Shown in pieces: positions 1-11,029 of a DNA stretch of 64,000 bases. This stretch comes from Basidiobolus meristosporus CBS 931.73 (Eukaryota; Fungi; Basidiobolomycota): the NCBI GenBank assembly GCA_002104905.1, contig MCFE01000130.1, positions 62,001 through 126,000 on the forward strand. The letters run 5' to 3'. A program made the translations under genes and the position numbers. The notes beneath the pieces were generated by a model. The model had not been told where the DNA came from. It ran no database searches and saw only the letters and a list, made by a program, of their open reading frames with translations. Within the stretch, counting starts at the first letter, position 1. Every line of letters begins with the position of its first letter.

Positions 1-99
1 TTGCTGTCATACTTTCTAAAATAATGTAATTGTGGGTTTATACTTGGAGCATTGTATTTGAACTCATGTATATTGTAGCATATTTGTATCAATCTAGTA

Positions 100-1060
100 T
101 TAGAGCCCCCAGAGTGGTCTTTCCAAGTGCATTTTTACTTGGGTAAAATGCAAAGTACTGAAATGAATGACCTGAAGTGGTTCAAAAATTAGTTTACTCA
201 AGCAATCTATAGTCTTGATGAAATCTTCCTCAAATTTATGGAAGTACTATGATATATAAATACTGAAAAAGATTGAGCAATGCGCATAATATCTTGGGCT
301 TATCTGCTTGCTATGTACTTACTAGGAATATCCCAAAATACTGGAAAACTCTAGACTCCAAACTCCAAACAGTGACTTAGTGCAAGTCAGCCATCCCCTT
401 GCAAATAAAGCAAGCCTAGTCAGATGATTTGCAACAGTCCACAATACATTCTATCTGTAATATTTATACAGTATAGTAGTAAAGCTGCTGCACAGATAGA
501 AAATCTATCGAATTTTTCAGATTAGTGCAAATATTGTAAGTGTCCTTTTCAGCTGATTTCAAACAGATTGAAGTGACATCAAGTCAAGAAGTGCAGTGCA
601 ATACAAATCAATTAAATTATAGAGCCCACTGTAATGACTCTATGAAAATCTCATACTTCGAATTCATCTGACCATCTGCCGGTATTCTAATGGTATTTTG
701 CTGGCATTTAGCTGATGTTTTACCTTACAATTTTTAATTGTAAATATTTGCGGAAGTAGTGAGTAGCATATTACCAAGTTTAGTATGAGTGCTAGTTAGC
801 CTAGTCTCATCCCAGAAAAACGTCTGCTTGTCTGCCAAATTTAAAGTACCTGAGATATTGAGAGTTGCAAGTTTAGACAAACTTGGAATTCAGCTGATAC
901 TATGATGGTATTCTGGTGGCCTTTAGTAATTTTTTTTTCTTGGGGAACTGTTTGGCATCATTGCATTGGATTCTAATTAAACTAATGAAATGCCATTTAT
1001 TCATTTGCGCTGTTGACCAGGGGTAAACACCGATGACTACTGTTTTTTTCGGGGCTCTAA
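100..1060. repeat. Decayed CpG-poor repeat, possibly an old non-autonomous DNA transposon
   Basis: 10-bp terminal inverted repeat TTAGAGCCCC (100-109) / GGGGCTCTAA (1051-1060). Segment 641-770 matches 59415-59540 at roughly 80% by eye (TATGA..AATCTCA.ACTT.GAATTCATCTGA...GGTATTCTAAT.GTATTTTGCTGG), with a second partial copy at ~880-925. No ORF. Confidence 0.3.
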
Positions 1061-1881
1061 AAAGTTATAATCGTACATTAGTCTATTTTTTATGTGGTGA
1101 AAGACAGCGTCTTTCGGATCGTCAATTTGTTGCATGTGAGGTCTAATGCTGGCCTATATCCATATATAAATGTAAGATTGACATCTAATTGGTCACGAAA
1201 CAAAGTGCCTCCAGTGTCATCAAGCTAACTAGCATCATTTGGAAGTGTACTTACTATCGTGTTAGCAGTCACAATCTAATTTCTTTCACTCAAACTGCAA
1301 GTCAACATGGCAGTCCAATACAAATTGGATTAGTCGAAAGTATTGGCTCAGGGAAAGTCTGAATATTTGTCATGCGGGTGACTCTGATTATATTAATCAT
1401 AGGGAGACGTTGTATTAAATGGCTTGAGGCACACGCAAAATATGGATTCTTTTACAGAAACTTAGAAACTTGAAGAGGGGGTGGTGATTGGAATATGCGG
1501 TCTGTATTCTGCGGTTACTTGTCTGGTGCTACCACAGCAGGTGTAACAACAATCCAGGAAGGAACTAGACATTCAATTGAGCGACATTAACTCTTGCGGC
1601 TAAGGTTGTTGAGAATGCTGATGAGACTATAAGCCATTACTTCTGGTGAATACATGTCATCATTGAATGAACTCCAGGAGCCAATCATCACTGGCTATTA
1701 TTATGACCGTATATGGCCCTCCCTTGTTCCCCTCCACAGCGTTCACTCGCTAGCATATTCCGAGCGATTGGACTTTGATAACTCTTATACGTGACTCTCA
1801 TTTGGTCTATACTCAGCAACTTCTCCGCTTACTGAATAGTCTCCATAACTACCGCAGATTACTTGAGCCAAACGATCCTGC

Positions 1882-4800
1882 ATGGACACCAACCTAATTA
1901 GAACGGTAAATAAACTTCAGGATGCTTTTGCAACTGTGGGTGTGAGCAATCCAGTGGACTTGCCGCAAATAGTAGTGATTGGAAGGTATCTACCACTCTA
2001 TAGCTACCCAAGTTGCCTTCCACTCATTCCCTTCTAGCCAAAGTAGCGGCAAAAGCTCTGTCTTGGAAAACATCGTAGGTCGGGATTTCCTACCTAGAGG
2101 AAATGGTATCGTGACTCGAAGACCCCTGGTATGTAGTTTTCTTGATTGTGACAAGTGGGCTTTCATCACCCATTCCAATTCTCCCAGTAGATCTTGCAAC
2201 TAGTCAATAGACCAGCCAAACAAAAGAACAGCGAAGCCATGAATAGCTCAGACAGCGCAAAATTGGGCCATAAAGGTAAGATATTCTAAAGAGCTCTCAC
2301 CAAGAGTGCCAAAATCTTACTTGGTATCAGTCAGTAATGGTAAGGGTCATGAGCCCGATGAATGGGGGGAATTTCTGCACCTGCCTGGAGTTAAGTTCGC
2401 CGATTTCAATAAAATTCGCGAAGAAATCGTCAAGGAAACCGATTTGAAGACGGGGAAAAATTCCGGTGAGCTTCTACCCAGATAAATGATGGCCGAGTTC
2501 CAAGAATCCAACCGAAGTTTCCCTCCAAAGGCATCTCTCCGCAGCCCATTAATCTTCGCATATTTTCACCAAATGTCTTGACTTTGACCCTGGTTGACCT
2601 CCCTGGACTAACAAAAGTAAGAGACCTCTCGGGTGGGCTTCAACCAAACATCAATAGTAACACTGGGTTTGTTCTAGGTACCAGTAGGTGATCAGCCCAA
2701 GGATATCGAAAAGCAGATCAGAGATATGATCATAAAGTACATCACCAAACCGAATGCCATCATCTTGGCGGTCACTGCTGGCAATACCGACCTGGCCAAT
2801 TCAGATGGCCTTAAGCTTGCTAGAGAAGTGGATCCAGAAGGTAATTCAAAAGTCCCTCGTGGAGCAAGTGACATTGGGGATTTACCATGTTGTACATATG
2901 TAGGTCTACGCACCATAGGCGTTCTAACCAAGATCGATCTCATGTAAAGTCAAATCACTAGCAGTTATGTGTTCAGACACCAACACATTCTTCAACTCAG
3001 GGACCATGGGACGGATGTCGTGGATATTCTGGCCGGTCGCATCATTCCCCTGAGATTGGGTTAGCGCAGACTGGAGAAATTTGGCAACTCCTGCAGTATT
3101 ACTTATTCGCTTATTTAGGTTATGTCCCGGTTGTAAACCGTGGACAACGGGATATTGAGATCAACAAAACGATTGCCTCCGCTTTAGAATATGAGAAGCA
3201 ATTTTTCGAGAACCATTTGTCCTATCGAGGTAAGGCACAGTACTGCGGAACTCCATTTCTAGCCAGGAAGCTCAATATGGTATGGTGCTCGCTAGCGTAC
3301 GCATTTACCCGGATTTCTTACAAAACGAATTGGAATAGATCTTGATGCATCACATCCGCAACACCCTTCCGGAAATCAGGTCCAAGATCCAGGCAGCACT
3401 TGCCAAATACCAGGCCGAGCTTGCGCAGTTGGGGGATCCTCTAGAGGACGGTTACTCTCAGCAGGTTAGCGAACATGCCCAGTTGGCATTCAACCAAAAA
3501 ATCCTCATATCTCTTCTACACGATAGGCAAACATGGTTCTCAGCGTTATCACCGAATTCTGTAATGAATTCCGCACCGTTATCGACGGCAAATCCAATGA
3601 GCTTTCAGCCTTCGAGTTAAGTGGTGGTGCTCGGATAAGCTTCGTTTTCCATGAGATATTTGCGAATGGCATCAAAAGCATTGATCCGTTTGATCAAGTG
3701 AAGGATGTGGACATTCGTACAATCTTGTACAACTCTTCCGTTAGTGAACTTCTATATATGGTTGTGCTCTGAATACCAGGCTGATCAAAATATACAGGGA
3801 TCATCACCCGCATTATTTGTAGGCACCACTGGATTTGAAGTAATCGTGAAGCAGCAAATCAAAAGACTGGAGGATCCAAGTTCGAAATGCATTACTCTTG
3901 TCTATGATGAGTTGGTCCGAATCCTCTCTCAGCTTCTACAAAAGCAGGTAATTCAGTTGACAGATCCACTGTAGTTGGAATGCATATTTACCATCTGGAA
4001 GTTCTTCAAAAGGTTCCCGGAGCTTAAAGAGAAATTCTATTCCGTTGTTATTGCTTTCTATAAAAAAGCCTTAATGCCAACCTCAAAACTAGTCCAAGAT
4101 CTAATCTCGTGAGTGCGGATTATTCCTACTGCATATTCGTCAGTCTGTATATTGATGCCGAGGCTATTACGCAGAATGGAGGCTTGCTACATAAACACTG
4201 GTCATCCAGATTTCCTCGGTGGGCACAAAGCTTTGACCATCGTCAACGAGAGAGTTAACGCAGCAAAAAATCCGCCAAATTCATCAGATTCGAAGAAGAG
4301 TGGTGCAAATACACCTGTAGGCAACCCCGGGCTTTCTTTAATAAATCAAGACGCGGATAGCTCTGGTGGTGGATTCTTTGGAAGCTTCTTTTCGAGTAAA
4401 AAGAAGAAGCCGACTACCATGGATTCAGTAAGCAACTCACCAATGGATACATCCACCTAGTGGATATTGATCTCTCACTTCAACAGCCCCCTCAAATTTT
4501 AAAGGCAACCGGGACCCTTTCTGAAAGAGAATACATGGAGACGGAGGTGATAAGTAAGTTACCTCTATGGATAAAAGATCTGTAATGATATAGGCTTACG
4601 ATCTTTGCTTGTTTTAGAGCTGTTAATCCAGTCCTATTTCAATATCGTCAAGAAAACAGTGATTGACACTGTCCCTAAAGCGATTACCCTTAACTTAGTA
4701 ACTCAGGCGAAGGAGAATCTTCAAAGAGAACTGTTGACTGAGTTATACAAATCAGAGGTACTCGACGATATAATGAAAGAGAGTGAGTTTACCCTTCAAA

Positions 4801-4996
4801 GACGTAAGGAATGCAAGCAGATGATCGAGGTAAGTGCAAACATTCAACAGCGAATCAATAGCTCCTAAATATCATTGAATCCGTTCTTGGGAACCGGTTC
4901 AGGCTCTTCAAAAGGCAGACGAGGTAAGCCCAGGTATAAATCTTACATCAACGATTACGCCTGACTATTACCATCTAGATTGTTGGAACGGTTTGA
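1882..4996 (+). CDS. VPS1: Dynamin-like GTPase Vps1 (multi-exon)
   Basis: Spliced translation [65 protein letters not shown] (G1), [11 protein letters not shown] (G3), TKIDLMD (G4), middle domain [22 protein letters not shown] insert B, GED ending IVGTV*. No PH/PRD. The vacuolar Vps1 type is favoured over Dnm1 from the insert-B/GED pattern (inference). Confidence 0.92.
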
Positions 4997-5659
4997 CTCC
5001 AAACATATAGCAAGGTTGACTGGGGCACCACAAGATCAATGTATTTGCCATCGAATACGCGTTATTAGTAATTGCAAGCATATATGAGGAACAAAAAGAT
5101 TCAAATCTTGATAGTGGAGTTACTAATACTCTTCATACCTAATCAATTTTTATCACAATAAAATTGAGCCCGCACAAATGGCTATCCTCTGAACATCAAG
5201 AAACCCCATTGTTGGTGGCAGCTTAAGGCACCTTTATTTTATGGATTCCCTCGGGCGTCTACGTGTGTGAAAACTTGATCACTCCTGTGTAAAATATCAG
5301 TGCTATCCAGCGCTTCTTGACGTATATCAAGACCTGTCAGATTTTCCCACCGAAATCTGAGATTGTCGCTTAAATACATAAGAACTTGACGAGTATCACC
5401 TACCTATTCGCCAATTGCAATGCTTTTCCAGTGGTATGGATATATGCCTACCTATTAATCTCGTCCTTGGTATCGGACAAAGCGGACAACGTGGCTGCTG
5501 AGTCTGCAGATATATATGTATATTAAATCAGCCAATACAGCCTCTAGATAATCGTGGATTCCTGGTGGCAACATGTACGGTCAACTACCAAACTCGTCAA
5601 GCCATATATTTTGACAGTGTGAAACACCAGAGATCGAGTAAAGCTAACATGATCTAGAA

Positions 5660-6233
5660 TTAGAATCCAGATGGTACGGAACCCGAGGATATTAATGCGA
5701 CGGGTACCCATGTTCCGGCCAGCGAGGTTAGGGCTGCTATAGCTTTTGAGGGGCTCTACTCGGGGAATATTGAATCGCATAGTGACCATCAACATCAACC
5801 TAGGCTATTGATACCTTTCGTGGAATCCTGAAACCGTTTCATATACTTGCACTGTAAATCCACCTGGGAATAGGCATAGTGTAGGATCGTATCAGCCGTA
5901 CTTTGCTTCCCATGTCGTTCTTGGTCTAGTTGCCCAGTAGAAACGATGGGCAATTCCTGTAACGGAAACTTCCGTGACGACGATATACAAATTATCCGTC
6001 GAAATCACGTTAATGCGGATAGGACCCGATGAATGGCTGTCTTTGTTCAACATAAAATCTGTTTCATATGTGCATCCAGAGCACTGTTTATTTAGACAGA
6101 TAGTGCCTCCATCATCCGTCGCCATCCGTAGAGTTGATAGCATGGGGGTTGGCCATATGTGTGAGTGAGATGTATTAATATGAGTAAGTTCTGGCGCTGT
6201 CATGCACCACATTGCCATGGAATTTCCATCCAT
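5660..6233 (-). CDS. Possible intron-containing hypothetical protein with a hydrophobic C-terminus
   Basis: 113-aa ORF 5892-6233 followed by candidate short exons (GGFTVQVYETVSGFHE; SPSKAIAALTSLAGTWVPVALISSGSVPSGF*). One required intron would be only ~38 nt. No family recognised. Confidence 0.2.
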
Positions 6234-6691
6234 TTGTTAACTGAAGGCTGTAAATACCGTGATAACTTCGAAATTGGTTTAAAACCTGTACAGCAGGTCA
6301 ACGAAGTAGCAACATACAACTGCGGTGGACCGGCCAAATTTGGGCTACGCTACAATTGAAGAGCAGTATCTTGATTTCCATTTAAGTATCGTGGTCTCAT
6401 CTATGTGTGAGTGGGGTTTTCGACTTCTGCACATCCCCTTGTGGATGAGTACGTTGGAAGTCTGAGACTACAAGCATGTCGGATTTAACACTACTTGTAG
6501 AGTCAATTTAATTGACAATCTGTGATCTATTAGGTTTAACAATATACACTCACATCATTTGATTTGAGCCACAAGAACATCATTGATTGTATGTAACGTG
6601 ATCGCTATCCGAACCGCCATGGTCAATCCTTTATATATAGGCCGCTCGGTACAGGGCCGCCTGTATTGGAATACCATTATCTGTCAGCAAC

Positions 6692-7756
6692 ATGGCCTAC
6701 AGTACGCTAAATTGCCTACTATCTCTTCCTCACGAGCTTTCAGCCTACATGCTGCGATTTGTTGACAATCTATCCCTCGCCTTCTTGATTCAAGCTCACC
6801 CCAATTTCATAATCCACGCTCGCCGAGCTATTGTCCGCAGAGAGCATCTTCTAACTTCGCTTATAGTAGCTGAGAAAGATGCGAGCAATCTTTTGGTCTT
6901 GGCACGTGCTACACAGAAACCATCCTTACAACTAGGGGTTCCCGTCTGCGTTGTTTATGAGAAAACCGCTACCATGGTTTCGTTCGAGCGTACTTCGGTG
7001 ATTCGGAGGCTTTATACTCCTATTAACTTGTTCTATATGCTTGCAAATATCAAGGAACGACAACGAATGGCGATCAATTCAATCATCGATGACTGCCGGT
7101 TTCAGCATTGTATTCGGGAGTGCGACCCTTACACATCCCGCCCCTCAACCTTTATGAAGCATCCTAATGGTGCGCAAAGAATTGCCAGCCTTCCTACCAT
7201 GGAAGAGGTGATCCAGTTGGAGCAGCGCCTCAAGATTTCGCTGCCTATTGATTATGTTCATTTTCTGCTCAATCACTCCCATAAACTGCATCATTTTCTC
7301 TCTTTTTCACGCAAGGCAAGATGTGCGGGCGTACAGCTGACTGAGCTTGATTTAGACTTTGTGAAGACAAATAAATCGATTCAGTCGATGAGTCTTTACC
7401 AGCCAAGTGCTTTGCTGACTGATGGCCAGCCACGACGCTTCCTTGGTGTAATCTTTAGTCAAGATAATGAGTACATGATATACCTAGATGTAACAGATCC
7501 TATGCACCATAGCTTTGGTTGCATATTCAGCGTTCAGCAAGAAAGACAGCAAGCAACCATCCCAACTTGGAAGGATCATTCGTTTACCGATCTTATGGTC
7601 CGCCTAGCAAAAGTCACTAACGAGAGTGAAGCAAGAAGTCCGTCGGTCAGCATTAACACACTGCTCCAGGGGAGTGCAACTGACTGCTCCGTGCTCAAGC
7701 CTGTCAATTACCCAGGATCACTCGAGCAATCTGCACCACTTCCTTATCTTATCTGA
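6692..7756 (+). CDS. F-box-like + SMI1/KNR4 (SUKH) domain protein
   Basis: Intronless 354-aa ORF. N-terminal LLSLPHELSAYMLRFVDNLSL fits the F-box LxxLPxE pattern. PTMEEVIQLEQRLKISLPIDYVHFLLNHS fits the SMI1/KNR4 signature (ExEIxxxExxLgxxLPxxYxxFL). Confidence 0.7.
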   Translation: MAYSTLNCLLSLPHELSAYMLRFVDNLSLAFLIQAHPNFIIHARRAIVRREHLLTSLIVAEKDASNLLVLARATQKPSLQLGVPVCVVYEKTATMVSFERTSVIRRLYTPINLFYMLANIKERQRMAINSIIDDCRFQHCIRECDPYTSRPSTFMKHPNGAQRIASLPTMEEVIQLEQRLKISLPIDYVHFLLNHSHKLHHFLSFSRKARCAGVQLTELDLDFVKTNKSIQSMSLYQPSALLTDGQPRRFLGVIFSQDNEYMIYLDVTDPMHHSFGCIFSVQQERQQATIPTWKDHSFTDLMVRLAKVTNESEARSPSVSINTLLQGSATDCSVLKPVNYPGSLEQSAPLPYLI

Positions 7757-9397
7757 CACTGCCTTAATGTTTCGTTTATATGTATATATTAAATATAAAC
7801 AATATATTAGATTAGACATCTCTCAAACTTCAAACTGAAACAATATATGAGCAAGCCTCACCCTCCTCGACTATTGCGGCATTTTGATGGATTTCAAGGT
7901 TTGTGTCATTTCACAAGTCAAACACTGTAAGGAGCAGCGCTGCGCTGTTGGCACTGGCCGATGCCTTTCACGCAACCTCCTGTGTAATTGCGTTAGGACT
8001 CGTAGTAGGGGAGCAACCAGCACTTTCGAGCGTTCACAGTAACTAGGCCCTCTGTAGGCAAAGATGTACATGCATGTAGTTGCATCACCATGGGTTACAG
8101 ATATTAGATTCCACATCAGGTCCATAGTGGATCCATCTCCATACAACCTAATTGAATTGGTTTTGACCTGAATGGTCTAGATTAGTATATGCTTATGCCA
8201 ATGTCACAGTTTAATGATTACCTGGCTGAATTTCCAAAAAAGGATCTGCGACGTTGCTTGCAGGACCACAATTTGGCAACGCCGGCATCATCGGCCAATC
8301 AGCCGCTTGCAACCTAGAGTGTAATGTTAACAGGAATGTATCGCCCTAAACATTCAATCACCTAGGATGGCCCCATAAAGCATTGCCTAAGCTAGACCAA
8401 TGGGGTGGATAAGCCCAATTGCCATTTGAGCCTATAAACTTTCAAGTTCCTATCCAAAGAGCAATTTCCCGACATTACATCAGAGCTCCCAGGTCATGCC
8501 CAATACATTACACACGGCAGGCATCGCGAAGTCGTGGGATTAGTGCGTCTCCAGCCTGCACTGCTGATGAGATGTTGGTAATGGGATGATCAAACATCAA
8601 GCTCCCTTATGCCACACGAATGCTCAAACGAACCATCAGTTGATGCTACAGCAGCATGGTATGGCGCCAACCATAATCAAGCCAGCCTCTCTAGTTGTTT
8701 CTGACTGAATAGTGCGCCTGGCCAGGGATGGAATGGAAACCATGATGATGCTCATTGGTGTTTAATCGTATATTTACACTTTAGGAGTTAATTATAAGGT
8801 TTGCCACGTGAAACACCGGCAATTGCAGTGATTCGGTCCATTTGTCTGTTGTATTATGGTTAGCATTTATTGGTTAACCTCTCACTTGAATTCTGTCATA
8901 CATAAATGGAGTTACTAATGTAAGACCCAACTTGGAGATTTGACTGAATTAAGTAGCTCACCTGTTGCAACACAGAATCTGAGCACTAGCGGTGTGCTTT
9001 GGTACATGGCCCCAGACTTTGAATCTTGTGCTTGGTTCGGTTGGCTCCGTATTTTCTGATATACATCAGCCCACGATTCCCATTGATTTTCTTACCTAGT
9101 TTACCTTCCATTTTCTCTCCAGCTTTCTTTAAAATACGAAGCGATATTAAGTTTCTCTGGCTCAACCTTCAATTGACTCTTTCAAGCCAGTTCTTGTCTC
9201 TGATATTTACGACCGGAACCCCATACTTAGTTGCTTGGTCATCTATTTGTGCATACTCTTTTTCTTCCTGCACTCAGGCGGATATATATATATATTCGAT
9301 TTTTATAGAACACTTTTGGCTGACGTGTGCCTCTTCAGTAAAGCGGCATAGAATCTACTCTCTTTGACTTTCGAAGCACGTCGCTGAACATTAGTCC

Positions 9398-11029
9398 ATG
9401 GCTCACCATCGAGAAGGTGGTCGCCGGGAAATACCCGGCACTATTGCCAACCAATATCGCGTGGGGAAGAAGATCGGCATGGGGAGTTTTGGTGTTATCT
9501 ATGAAGGTAACCCGGCACACAAGTCTGCTTTCTTCCTTTCAAATAGAGTCACCTCTAACCTTGCCTTATTTTTAGGCATTAACCTAGCGAAAAACCAACA
9601 GATTGCCATTAAATTCGTATCCTTTTACCCTGTTTTTCAGGCGCCTCGGTATGCTTTCAGTTTGCAGGATTCTTGACCAACACACCTCTAGGAAGTAAGG
9701 AAAACAGAAGTACCTCAACTCCGCGACGAGTATCGAACATACAAGATTCTTGCTGGGACACGTGAGTACTTAGTAGATACCTCCCCCACAGTAAAGGTTG
9801 CTAATCTTGCCTTGCCAGCTGGTATCCCTACTGCATATTACTTCAGTCATGAGGATATCTACAATGTATTGGTCATTGACCTGCTAGGACCCAGTTTAGA
9901 GGATCTTTTCGATATTTGCCGTCGAAAGTTCAGTATCAAAACCGTGGCTATGCTTGCGAAACAAATGGTACTCTTCATTTGCCCAGTTCATATCACCTGT
10001 ACTTATTAGCTCATTCTATTTCCTCTTCTTAGCTTGCTCGGGTGGAGGCAGTTCATCAACACAATTTGATCTATCGCGATATTAAACCTGACAACTTTCT
10101 GATTGGTCGTCCACATTCAAAGCATGCTAGTCAAGTGTTTATGGTAGACTTTGGGATGGCCAAATATTACCGCGATCCGAAAACCATGCAGCATATTCCC
10201 TATCGAGAGCGTAAAAGCTTGAGTGGTACTGCTCGTTACATGAGTATCAACACTCACCTTGGTAGAGGTATGTGAGGGCTCATTCCGATTCTCCAAAACC
10301 CTTTGCAATAACCTAGATTCAGAACAATCTCGTAGAGACGACTTGGAGGCGCTTGGCCACGTATTTATGTACTTTCTGAGAGGGTCTCTTCCTTGGCAAG
10401 GATTGAAAGCTGCCACCAACAAACAGAAATATCAGCGTATCGGCGAGAAAAAACAAACCACACCAATTGCGGAGCTTGGTCATGGCTTCCCTGGTAAAGC
10501 GGGCATTCAAATGATTTATAGCCTAGATGGTCTAAATATTCTTTCGTTTTACAGAAGAGTTTGGAGAATATCTGAAATATGCTCGACAATTGGGATTCGA
10601 TGAAACCCCCGATTATAAATATCTACAAGGCTTGTTCGATAAGGTTCTGGAGAAAATTGGGGAGCGTGACGATGGAGTTTTTGACTGGGTAGTGAGTAGT
10701 AAGGGTCACAAACTTGAGGTAAGCAGGACACTTGACCCCTCCTTGATTGTAGTCATTTGCCTAATAGCCTAATTTCAACCAAGCCGAACGAACCAGGTTC
10801 CCAGCCTAGTCATCAACTAGAACGCAGCAGTACGCCTCATCATTCCCGAGACTCTCGACATCGCCATTACGGTAGCACCAGTCCGAACAATAGTAGCCAT
10901 CAACACAAACACCCACACCGCTATGCCTCCCGCGACAACACACCATCTCCTCAGAATTTGGGTAAAGAGAATGGTGGGTTTTGGGCCCGCTTGGTGGAGA
11001 TTTTCACGTGGCGCTCATGCTATACATGA
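9398..11029 (+). CDS. Casein kinase I (Yck/Cki-like), multi-exon
   Basis: [108 protein letters not shown]. His/Ser-rich tail ending ..FTWRSCYT*. Confidence 0.95.

Noticed and set aside
7871-8760. Intron-like signals and short open frames on the minus strand
   Set aside because: No consistent spliced ORF or recognisable domain could be built.
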